DNA from: Eledone cirrhosa
Taxonomy: Eukaryota
Assembly: GCA_964016885.1 (NCBI GenBank)
Contig: OZ024742.1
Span: 12,710,001-12,774,000, forward strand
DNA length: 64,000 nt
Reading direction: 5' to 3'
Both the position numbers and the translations under genes were made by a program. This document shows positions 14,801 to 27,300 of this stretch, one piece after another. Each line of letters begins with the position of its first letter. The stretch's first letter is position 1. The notes beneath the pieces were generated by a model. The model saw only the letters and a program-made list of their open reading frames with translations. It did no database searches and was not told the origin of the DNA.

Positions 14801-15030
14801 TATAGATTATATCTAAACAGCAAGCCCTGTAAAGAGCCTCATGTTTGCCATGCCTGATATAGATTATATCTAAACAGCAAGCCTTGTAAAGAGCCTCATG
14901 TTTGCCATGCCTGATATAGATTATATCTAAACAGCAAGCCTTGTAAAGAGCCTCATGTTTGCCATGCCTGATATAGATTATATCTAAACAGCAGGCAAGC
15001 CTTGTAAAGAGCCTCATGTTTGCCATGCCT
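2575..15030. repeat. Higher-order repeat with 2897-bp period (49 monomers: 23x57 + 26x61)
   Basis: Matching ORFs recur at exactly +2897: 3565/6462, 3801/6698, 8170/11067/13964, 8752/11649/14546, 9879/12776, 10827/13724. The only 57/61 decomposition of 2897 is 49 monomers. A slightly different copy (offsets ~2.9-3.07 kb) occupies 1-2575. Confidence 0.9.
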
Positions 15031-15441
15031 GATATAGATTATATCTAAGCAGCAGGCAAGCCTTGTAAAGAGCCTCATATTTGCCATGCCTGATATAGAT
15101 TATATCTAAACAGCAGGCAAGCCTTGTAAAGAGCCTCATGTTTGCCATGCCTGATATAGATTATATCTAAACAGCAGGCAAGCCTTGTAAAGGGCCTCAT
15201 GTTTGCCATGCCTGATATAGATTATATCTAAACAGCAAGCCTTGTAAAGAGCCTCATATTTGCCATGACTGATATAGATTATATCTAAACAGCAGGCAAG
15301 CCTTGTAAAGAGCCTCATATTTGCCATGCCTGATATAGATTATATCTAAACAGCAGGGAAGCCTTGTAAAGAGCCTCATGTTTGCCATGCCTGATATAGA
15401 TTATATCTAAACAGCAGGCAAGCCTTGTAAAGGGCCTCATG

Positions 15442-18301
15442 TTTGCCATGCCTGATATAGATTATATCTAAACAGCAAGCCTTGTAAAGGGCCTCATGTT
15501 TGCCATGCCTGATATAGATTATATCTAAACAGCAAGCCTTGTAAAGAGCCTCATATTTGCCATGACTGATATAGATTATATCTAAACAGCAGGCAAGCCT
15601 TGTAAAGAGCCTCATGTTTGCCATGCCTGATATAGATTATATCTAAACAGCAGGCAAGCCTTGTAAAGGGCCTCATGTTTGCCATGACTGATATAGAGTA
15701 TATCTAAACAGCAAGCCATGTAAAGGGCCTCATGTTTGCCATGCCTGTTATAGATTATATCTAAACAGCAGGCAAGCCTTGTAAAGGGCCTCATGTTTGC
15801 CATGCCTGATATAGATTATATCTAAACAGCAAGCCTTGTAAAGGGCCTCATGTTTGCCATGCCTGATATAGATTATATCTAAACAGCAGGCAAGCCTTGT
15901 AAAGGGCCTCATGTTTGCCATGCCTGTTATAGATTATATCTAAACAGCAAGCCTTGTAAAGGGCCTCATGTTTGCCATGCCTGATATAGATTATATCTAA
16001 ACAGCAAGCCTTGTAAAGAGCCTCATGTTTGCCATGCCTGTTATAGATTATATCTAAACAGCAAGCCTTGTAAAGGGCCTCATGTTTGCCATGCCTGATA
16101 TAGATTATATCTAAACAGCAAGCCTTGTAAAGAACCTCATGTTTGCCATGCCTGATATAGATTATATCTAAACAGCAAGCCTTGTAAAGAGCCTCATGTT
16201 TGCCATGCCTGATATAGATTATATCTAAACATCAAGCCTTGTAAAGAGCCTCATGTTTGCCATGCCTGATATAGATTATATCTAAACAGCAAGCCTTGTA
16301 AAGAGCCTCATGTTTGCCATGCCTGATATAGATTATATCTAAACAGCAGGCAAGCCTTGTAGAGAGCCTCATGTTTGCCATGCCTGATATAGATTATATC
16401 TAAACAGCAGGCAAGCCTTGTAAAGAACCTCATATTTGCCATGCCTGATATAGATTATATCTAAACAGCAAGCCTTGTAAAGAGCCTCATGTTTGCCATG
16501 CCTGATATAGATTATATCTAAACAGCAGGCAAGCCTTGTAGAGAGCCTCATGTTTGCCATGCCTGATATAGATTATATCTAAACAGCAGGCAAGCCTTGT
16601 AAAGAGCCTCATATTTGCCATGCCTGATATAGATTATATCTAAACAGCAGGCAAGCCTTGTAAAGAGCCTCATGTTTGCCATGCCTGATATAGATTATAT
16701 CTAAACAGCAGGCAAGCCTTGTAAAGGGCCTCATGTTTGCTATGCCTGATATAGATTATATCTAAACAGCAAGCCTTGTAAAGAGCCTCATATTTGCCAT
16801 GCCTGATATAGATTATATCTAAACAGCAGGCAAGCCTTGTAAAGAGCCTCATATTTGCCATGCCTGATATAGATTATATCTAAACAGCAAGCCTTGTAAA
16901 GGGCCTCATGTTTGCCATGCCTGATATAGATTATATCTAAACAGCAAGCCTTGTAAAGAGCCTCATATTTGCCATGACTGATATAGATTATATCTAAACA
17001 GCAGGCAAGCCTTGTAAAGAGCCTCATGTTTGCCATGCCTGATATAGATTATATCTAAACAGCAGGCAAGCCTTGTAAAGGGCCTCATGTTTGCCATGAC
17101 TGATATAGAGTATATCTAAACAGCAAGCCATGTAAAGGGCCTCATGTTTGCCATGCCTGTTATAGATTATATCTAAACAGCAGGCAAGCCTTGTAAAGGG
17201 CCTCATGTTTGCCATGCCTGATATAGATTATATCTAAACAGCAAGCCTTGTAAAGGGCCTCATGTTTGCCATGCCTGATATAGATTATATCTAAACAGCA
17301 GGCAAGCCTTGTAAAGGGCCTCATGTTTGCCATGCCTGTTATAGATTATATCTAAACAGCAAGCCTTGTAAAGGGCCTCATGTTTGCCATGCCTGATATA
17401 GATTATATCTAAACAGCAAGCCTTGTAAAGAGCCTCATGTTTGCCATGCCTGTTATAGATTATATCTAAACAGCAAGCCTTGTAAAGGGCCTCATGTTTG
17501 CCATGCCTGATATAGATTATATCTAAACAGCAAGCCTTGTAAAGAACCTCATGTTTGCCATGCCTGATATAGATTATATCTAAACAGCAAGCCTTGTAAA
17601 GAGCCTCATGTTTGCCATGCCTGATATAGATTATATCTAAACATCAAGCCTTGTAAAGAGCCTCATGTTTGCCATGCCTGATATAGATTATATCTAAACA
17701 GCAAGCCTTGTAAAGAGCCTCATGTTTGCCATGCCTGATATAGATTATATCTAAACAGCAGGCAAGCCTTGTAGAGAGCCTCATGTTTGCCATGCCTGAT
17801 ATAGATTATATCTAAACAGCAGGCAAGCCTTGTAAAGAACCTCATATTTGCCATGCCTGATATAGATTATATCTAAACAGCAAGCCTTGTAAAGAGCCTC
17901 ATGTTTGCCATGCCTGATATAGATTATATCTAAACAGCAGGCAAGCCTTGTAGAGAGCCTCATGTTTGCCATGCCTGATATAGATTATATCTAAACAGCA
18001 GGCAAGCCTTGTAAAGAGCCTCATATTTGCCATGCCTGATATAGATTATATCTAAACAGCAGGCAAGCCTTGTAAAGAGCCTCATGTTTGCCATGCCTGA
18101 TATAGATTATATCTAAACAGCAGGCAAGCCTTGTAAAGGGCCTCATGTTTGCTATGCCTGATATAGATTATATCTAAACAGCAAGCCTTGTAAAGAGCCT
18201 CATATTTGCCATGCCTGATATAGATTATATCTAAACAGCAGGCAAGCCTTGTAAAGAGCCTCATATTTGCCATGCCTGATATAGATTATATCTAAACAGC
18301 A
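15442..18301. repeat. Tandem duplication of a 1412-bp block (24 monomers: 13x57 + 11x61)
   Basis: ORF offsets of +1412 (15612/17024, 16369/17781, 16670/18082). Shared markers include AAAGAACC (twice per copy) and TTTGCTATG (~16740, ~18152). Confidence 0.88.
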
Positions 18302-21300
18302 GGCAAGCCTTCTAAAGAGCCTCATGTTTGCCATGCCTGATATAGATTATATCTAAACAGCAGGCAAGCCTTGTAAAGGGCCTCGTGTGTGCCATGCCTG
18401 ATATAGAGTATATCTAAACAGCAAGCCATGTAAAGGGCCTGATGTTTTCCATGCCTGTTATAGATTATATCTAAACAGCAGGCAAGCCTTGTAAAGGGCC
18501 TCATGTTTGCCATGCCTGATATAGATTATATCTAAACAGCAAGCCTTGTAAAGGGCCTCATGTTTGCCATGCCTGATATAGATTATATCTAAACAGCAGG
18601 CAAGCCTTGTAAAGGGCCTCATGTTTGCCATGCCTGATTTAGATTATATCTAAACAGCAAGCCTTGTAAAGGGCCTCATGTTTGCCATGCCTGATATAGA
18701 TTATATCTAAACAGCAAGCCTTGTAAAGAGCCTCATGTTTGCCATGCCTGATATAGATTATATCTAAACAGCAAGCCTTGTAAAGAGCCTCATGTTTGCC
18801 ATGCCTGATATAGATTATATCTAAACAGCAAGCCTTGTAAAGAGCCTCATGTTTGCCATGCCTGATATAGATTATATCTAAACAGCAAGCCTTGTAAAGA
18901 GCCTCATGTTTGCCATGCCTGATATAGATTATATCTAAACAGCAAGCCTTGTAAAGGGCCTTATGTTTGCCATGCCTGATATAGATTATATCTAAACAGC
19001 AGGCAAGCCTTGTAAAGGGCCTCATGTTTGCCATGCCTGATATAGATTATATATAAACAGCAAGCCTTGTAAAGGGCCTCATGTTTGCCATGCCTGATAT
19101 AGATTATATCTAAACAGCAAGCCTTGTAAAGAGCCTCATGTTTGCCATGCCTGATATAGATTACATCTAAACAGCAGGCAAGCCTTGTAAAGAGTCTTAT
19201 GTTTGCCATGCCTGATATAGATTATATCTAAACAGCAAGCCCTGTAAAGAGCCTCATGTTTGCCATGCCTGATATAGATTATATCTAAACAGCAAGCCTT
19301 GTAAAGAGCCTCATGTTTGCCATGCCTGATATAGATTATATCTAAACAGCAAGCCTTGTAAAGAGCCTCATGTTTGCCATGCCTGATATAGATTATATCT
19401 AAACAGCAGGCAAGCCTTGTAAAGAGCCTCATGTTTGCCATGCCTGATATAGATTATATCTAAACAGCAGGCAAGCCTTGTAAAGAGCCTCATGTTTGCC
19501 ATGCCTGATATAGATTATATCTAAGCAGCAGGCAAGCCTTGTAAAGAGCCTCATATTTGCCATGCCTGATATAGATTATATCTAAACAGCAGGCAAGCCT
19601 TGTAAAGGGCCTCATGTTTGCCATGCCTGATATAGATTATATCTAAACAGCAAGCCTTGTAAAGGGCCTCATGTTTGCCATGCCTGATATAGATTATATC
19701 TAAACAGCAGGCAAGCCTTGTAAAGGGCCTCATGTTTGCCATGCCTGTTATAGATTATATCTAAACAGCAAGCCTTGTAAAGGGCCTCATGTTTGCCATG
19801 CCTGATATAGATTATATCTAAACAGCAAGCCTTGTAAAGAGCCTCATGTTTGCCATGCCTGATATAGATTATATCTAAACAGCAAGCCTTGTAAAGAGCC
19901 TCATGTTTGCCATGCCTGATATAGATTATATCTAAACAGCAGGCAAGCCTTGTAAAGAGCCTCATGTTTGCCATGCCTGATATAGATTATATCTAAACAG
20001 CAGGCAAGCCTTGTAAAGGGCCTCATGTTTGCCATGACTGATATAGAGTATATCTAAACAGCAAGCCATGTAAAGGGCCTCATGTTTGCCATGCCTGTTA
20101 TAGATTATATCTAAACAGCAGGCAAGCCTTGTAAAGGGCCTCATGTTTGCCATGCCTGATATAGATTATATCTAAACAGCAAGCCTTGTAAAGGGCCTCA
20201 TGTTTGCCATGCCTGATATAGATTATATCTAAACAGCAGGCAAGCCTTGTAAAGGGCCTCATGTTTGCCATGCCTGTTATAGATTATATCTAAACAGCAA
20301 GCCTTGTAAAGGGCCTCATGTTTGCCATGCCTGATATAGATTATATCTAAACAGCAAGCCTTGTAAAGAGCCTCATGTTTGCCATGCCTGTTATAGATTA
20401 TATCTAAACAGCAAGCCTTGTAAAGGGCCTCATGTTTGCCATGCCTGATATAGATTATATCTAAACAGCAAGCCTTGTAAAGAACCTCATGTTTGCCATG
20501 CCTGATATAGATTATATCTAAACAGCAAGCCTTGTAAAGAGCCTCATGTTTGCCATGCCTGATATAGATTATATCTAAACATCAAGCCTTGTAAAGAGCC
20601 TCATGTTTGCCATGCCTGATATAGATTATATCTAAACAGCAAGCCTTGTAAAGAGCCTCATGTTTGCCATGCCTGATATAGATTATATCTAAACAGCAGG
20701 CAAGCCTTGTAGAGAGCCTCATGTTTGCCATGCCTGATATAGATTATATCTAAACAGCAGGCAAGCCTTGTAAAGAACCTCATATTTGCCATGCCTGATA
20801 TAGATTATATCTAAACAGCAAGCCTTGTAAAGAGCCTCATGTTTGCCATGCCTGATATAGATTATATCTAAACAGCAGGCAAGCCTTGTAGAGAGCCTCA
20901 TGTTTGCCATGCCTGATATAGATTATATCTAAACAGCAGGCAAGCCTTGTAAAGAGCCTCATATTTGCCATGCCTGATATAGATTATATCTAAACAGCAG
21001 GCAAGCCTTGTAAAGAGCCTCATGTTTGCCATGCCTGATATAGATTATATCTAAACAGCAGGCAAGCCTTGTAAAGGGCCTCATGTTTGCCATGCCTGAT
21101 ATAGATTATATATAAACAGCAAGCCTTGTAAAGGGCCTCATGTTTGCCATGCCTGATATAGATTATATCTAAACAGCAAGCCTTGTAAAGAGCCTCATGT
21201 TTGCCATGCCTGATATAGATTACATCTAAACAGCAGGCAAGCCTTGTAAAGAGTCTTATGTTTGCCATGCCTGATATAGATTATATCTAAACAGCAAGCC

Positions 21301-24300
21301 CTGTAAAGAGCCTCATGTTTGCCATGCCTGATATAGATTATATCTAAACAGCAAGCCTTGTAAAGAGCCTCATGTTTGCCATGCCTGATATAGATTATAT
21401 CTAAACAGCAAGCCTTGTAAAGAGCCTCATGTTTGCCATGCCTGATATAGATTATATCTAAACAGCAGGCAAGCCTTGTAAAGAGCCTCATGTTTGCCAT
21501 GCCTGATATAGATTATATCTAAACAGCAGGCAAGCCTTGTAAAGAGCCTCATGTTTGCCATGCCTGATATAGATTATATCTAAGCAGCAGGCAAGCCTTG
21601 TAAAGAGCCTCATATTTGCCATGCCTGATATAGATTATATCTAAACAGCAGGCAAGCCTTGTAAAGAGCCTCATGTTTGCCATGCCTGATATAGATTATA
21701 TCTAAACAGCAGGCAAGCCTTGTAAAGGGCCTCATGTTTGCCATGCCTGATATAGATTATATCTAAACAGCAAGCCTTGTAAAGAGCCTCATATTTGCCA
21801 TGACTGATATAGATTATATCTAAACAGCAGGCAAGCCTTGTAAAGAGCCTCATATTTGCCATGCCTGATATAGATTATATCTAAACAGCAGGGAAGCCTT
21901 GTAAAGAGCCTCATGTTTGCCATGCCTGATATAGATAATATCTAAACAGCAGGCAAGCCTTGTAAAGGGCCTCATGTTTGCCATGCCTGATATAGATTAT
22001 ATCTAAACAGCAAGCCTTGTAAAGGGCCTCATGTTTGCCATGCCTGATATAGATTATATCTAAACAGCAGGCAAGCCTTGTAAAGGGCCTCATGTTTGCC
22101 ATGACTGATATAGAGTATATCTAAACAGCAAGCCATGTAAAGGGCCTCATGTTTGCCATGCCTGTTATAGATTATATCTAAACAGCAGGCAAGCCTTGTA
22201 AAGGGCCTCATGTTTGCCATGCCTGATATAGATTATATCTAAACAGCAAGCCTTGTAAAGGGCCTCATGTTTGCCATGCCTGATATAGATTATATCTAAA
22301 CAGCAGGCAAGCCTTGTAAAGGGCCTCATGTTTGCCATGCCTGTTATAGATTATATCTAAACAGCAAACCTTGTAAAGGGCCTCATGTTTGCCATGCCTG
22401 ATATAGATTATATCTAAACAGCAAGCCTTGTAAAGAGCCTCATGTTTGCCATGCCTGATATAGATTATATCTAAACAGCAAGCCTTGTAAAGAGCCTCAT
22501 GTTTGCCATGCCTGATATAGATTATATCTAAACAGCAAGCCTTGTAAAGAGCCTCATGTTTGCCATGCCTGATATAGATTATATCTAAACAGCAGGCAAG
22601 CCTTGTAGAGAGCCTCATGTTTGCCATGCCTGATATAGATTATATCTAAACAGCAGGCAAGCCTTGTAAAGAGCCTCATATTTGCCATGCCTGATATAGA
22701 TTATATTTAAACAGCAGGCAAGCCTTGTAAAGAGCCTCATGTTTGCCATGCCTGATATAGATTATATCTAAACAGCAGGCAAGCCTTGTAAAGGGCCTCA
22801 TGTTTGCCATGCCTGATATAGATTATATCTAAACAGCAAGCCTTGTAAAGAGACTCATATTTGCCATGCCTGATATAGATTATATCTAAACAGCAGGCAA
22901 GCCTTGTAAAGAGCCTCATATTTGCCATGCCTGATATAGATTATATCTAAACAGCAGGCAAGCCTTGTAAAGAGCCTCATGTTTGCCATGCCTGATATAG
23001 ATTATATCTAAACAGCAAGCCTTGTAAAGAGCCTCATGTTTGCCATGCCTGATATAGATTATATCTAAACAGCAAGCCTTGTAAAGGGCCTCATGTTTGC
23101 CATGCCTTATATAGATTATATCTAAACAGCAAGCCTTGTAAAGGGCCTCATGTTTGCCATGCCTGATATAGATTATATCTAAACAGCAAGCCTTGTAAAG
23201 AGCCTCATGTTTGCCATGCCTGATATAGATTATATCTAAACAGCAAGCCTTTTAAAGGGCCTCATGTTTGCCATGCCTGATATAGATTATATCTAAACAG
23301 CAAGTCTTGTAAAGGGCCTCATGTTTGCCATGCCTGATATAGATTATATCTAAACAGCAAGCCTTGTAAAGAGCCTCATGTTTGCCATGCCTGATATAGA
23401 TTATATCTAAACAGCAAGCCTTGTAAAGGGCCTCATGTTTGCCATGCCTGATATAGATTATAACTAAACAGCAAGCCTTGTAAAGGGCCTCATGTTTGCC
23501 ATGCCTGATATAGATTATATCTAAACAGCAAGCCTTGTAAAGGGCCTCATGTTTTCCATGCCTGATATAGATTATATCTAAACAACAAGCCTTGTAAAGG
23601 GCCTCATGTTTGCCATGCCTGATATAGATTATATCTAAACAGCAGGCAAGCCTTGTAAAGGGCCTCATGTTTGCCATGCCTGATATAGATTATATCTAAA
23701 CAGCAAGCCTTGTAAAGGGCCTCATGTTTGCCATGCCTGATATAGATTATATCTAAACAGCAGGCAAGCCTTGTAAAGGGCCTCATGTTTGCCATGCCTG
23801 ATATAGATTATATCTAAACAGCAAGCCTTGTAAAGAGCCTCATGTTTGCCATGCCTGATATAGATTATATCTAAACAGCAAGCCTTGTAAAGAGCCTCAT
23901 GTTTGCCATGCCTGATATAGATTATATCTAAACAGCAAGCCTTGTAAAGAGCCTCATGTTTGCCATGCCTGATATAGATTATATCTAAACAGCAAGCCTT
24001 GTAAAGAGCCTCATGTTTGCCATGCCTGATATAGATTATATCTAAACAGCAAGCCTTGTAAAGGGCCTCATGTTTGCCATGCCTGATATAGATTATATCT
24101 AAACAGCAAGCCTTGTAAAGAGCCTCATATTTGCCATGACTGATATAGATTATATCTAAACAGCAGGCAAGCCTTGTAAAGAGCCTCATGTTTGCCATGC
24201 CTGATATAGATTATATCTAAACAGCAGGCAAGCCTTGTAAAGGGCCTCATGTTTGCCATGACTGATATAGAGTATATCTAAACAGCAAGCCATGTAAAGG

Positions 24301-27300
24301 GCCTCATGTTTGCCATGCCTGTTATAGATTATATCTAAACAGCAGGCAAGCCTTGTAAAGGGCCTCATGTTTGCCATGCCTGATATAGATTATATCTAAA
24401 CAGCAAGCCTTGTAAAGGGCCTCATGTTTGCCATGCCTGATATAGATTATATCTAAACAGCAGGCAAGCCTTGTAAAGGGCCTCATGTTTGCCATGCCTG
24501 TTATAGATTATATCTAAACAGCAAGCCTTGTAAAGGGCCTCATGTTTGCCATGCCTGATATAGATTATATCTAAACAGCAAGCCTTGTAAAGAGCCTCAT
24601 GTTTGCCATGCCTGTTATAGATTATATCTAAACAGCAAGCCTTGTAAAGGGCCTCATGTTTGCCATGCCTGATATAGATTATATCTAAACAGCAAGCCTT
24701 GTAAAGAACCTCATGTTTGCCATGCCTGATATAGATTATATCTAAACAGCAAGCCTTGTAAAGAGCCTCATGTTTGCCATGCCTGATATAGATTATATCT
24801 AAACATCAAGCCTTGTAAAGAGCCTCATGTTTGCCATGCCTGATATAGATTATATCTAAACAGCAAGCCTTGTAAAGAGCCTCATGTTTGCCATGCCTGA
24901 TATAGATTATATCTAAACAGCAGGCAAGCCTTGTAGAGAGCCTCATGTTTGCCATGCCTGATATAGATTATATCTAAACAGCAGGCAAGCCTTGTAAAGA
25001 ACCTCATATTTGCCATGCCTGATATAGATTATATCTAAACAGCAAGCCTTGTAAAGAGCCTCATGTTTGCCATGCCTGATATAGATTATATCTAAACAGC
25101 AGGCAAGCCTTGTAGAGAGCCTCATGTTTGCCATGCCTGATATAGATTATATCTAAACAGCAGGCAAGCCTTGTAAAGAGCCTCATATTTGCCATGCCTG
25201 ATATAGATTATATCTAAACAGCAGGCAAGCCTTGTAAAGAGCCTCATGTTTGCCATGCCTGATATAGATTATATCTAAACAGCAGGCAAGCCTTGTAAAG
25301 GGCCTCATGTTTGCTATGCCTGATATAGATTATATCTAAACAGCAAGCCTTGTAAAGAGCCTCATATTTGCCATGCCTGATATAGATTATATCTAAACAG
25401 CAGGCAAGCCTTGTAAAGAGCCTCATATTTGCCATGCCTGATATAGATTATATCTAAACAGCAGGCAAGCCTTCTAAAGAGCCTCATGTTTGCCATGCCT
25501 GATATAGATTATATCTAAACAGCAGGCAAGCCTTGTAAAGGGCCTCGTGTGTGCCATGCCTGATATAGAGTATATCTAAACAGCAAGCCATGTAAAGGGC
25601 CTGATGTTTTCCATGCCTGTTATAGATTATATCTAAACAGCAGGCAAGCCTTGTAAAGGGCCTCATGTTTGCCATGCCTGATATAGATTATATCTAAACA
25701 GCAAGCCTTGTAAAGGGCCTCATGTTTGCCATGCCTGATATAGATTATATCTAAACAGCAGGCAAGCCTTGTAAAGGGCCTCATGTTTGCCATGCCTGAT
25801 TTAGATTATATCTAAACAGCAAGCCTTGTAAAGGGCCTCATGTTTGCCATGCCTGATATAGATTATATCTAAACAGCAAGCCTTGTAAAGAGCCTCATGT
25901 TTGCCATGCCTGATATAGATTATATCTAAACAGCAAGCCTTGTAAAGAGCCTCATGTTTGCCATGCCTGATATAGATTATATCTAAACAGCAAGCCTTGT
26001 AAAGAGCCTCATGTTTGCCATGCCTGATATAGATTATATCTAAACAGCAAGCCTTGTAAAGAGCCTCATGTTTGCCATGCCTGATATAGATTATATCTAA
26101 ACAGCAAGCCTTGTAAAGGGCCTTATGTTTGCCATGCCTGATATAGATTATATCTAAACAGCAGGCAAGCCTTGTAAAGGGCCTCATGTTTGCCATGCCT
26201 GATATAGATTATATATAAACAGCAAGCCTTGTAAAGGGCCTCATGTTTGCCATGCCTGATATAGATTATATCTAAACAGCAAGCCTTGTAAAGAGCCTCA
26301 TGTTTGCCATGCCTGATATAGATTACATCTAAACAGCAGGCAAGCCTTGTAAAGAGTCTTATGTTTGCCATGCCTGATATAGATTATATCTAAACAGCAA
26401 GCCCTGTAAAGAGCCTCATGTTTGCCATGCCTGATATAGATTATATCTAAACAGCAAGCCTTGTAAAGAGCCTCATGTTTGCCATGCCTGATATAGATTA
26501 TATCTAAACAGCAAGCCTTGTAAAGAGCCTCATGTTTGCCATGCCTGATATAGATTATATCTAAACAGCAGGCAAGCCTTGTAAAGAGCCTCATGTTTGC
26601 CATGCCTGATATAGATTATATCTAAACAGCAGGCAAGCCTTGTAAAGAGCCTCATGTTTGCCATGCCTGATATAGATTATATCTAAGCAGCAGGCAAGCC
26701 TTGTAAAGAGCCTCATATTTGCCATGCCTGATATAGATTATATCTAAACAGCAGGCAAGCCTTGTAAAGGGCCTCATGTTTGCCATGCCTGATATAGATT
26801 ATATCTAAACAGCAAGCCTTGTAAAGGGCCTCATGTTTGCCATGCCTGATATAGATTATATCTAAACAGCAGGCAAGCCTTGTAAAGGGCCTCATGTTTG
26901 CCATGCCTGTTATAGATTATATCTAAACAGCAAGCCTTGTAAAGGGCCTCATGTTTGCCATGCCTGATATAGATTATATCTAAACAGCAAGCCTTGTAAA
27001 GAGCCTCATGTTTGCCATGCCTGATATAGATTATATCTAAACAGCAAGCCTTGTAAAGAGCCTCATGTTTGCCATGCCTGATATAGATTATATCTAAACA
27101 GCAGGCAAGCCTTGTAAAGAGCCTCATGTTTGCCATGCCTGATATAGATTATATCTAAACAGCAGGCAAGCCTTGTAAAGGGCCTCATGTTTGCCATGAC
27201 TGATATAGAGTATATCTAAACAGCAAGCCATGTAAAGGGCCTCATGTTTGCCATGCCTGTTATAGATTATATCTAAACAGCAGGCAAGCCTTGTAAAGGG

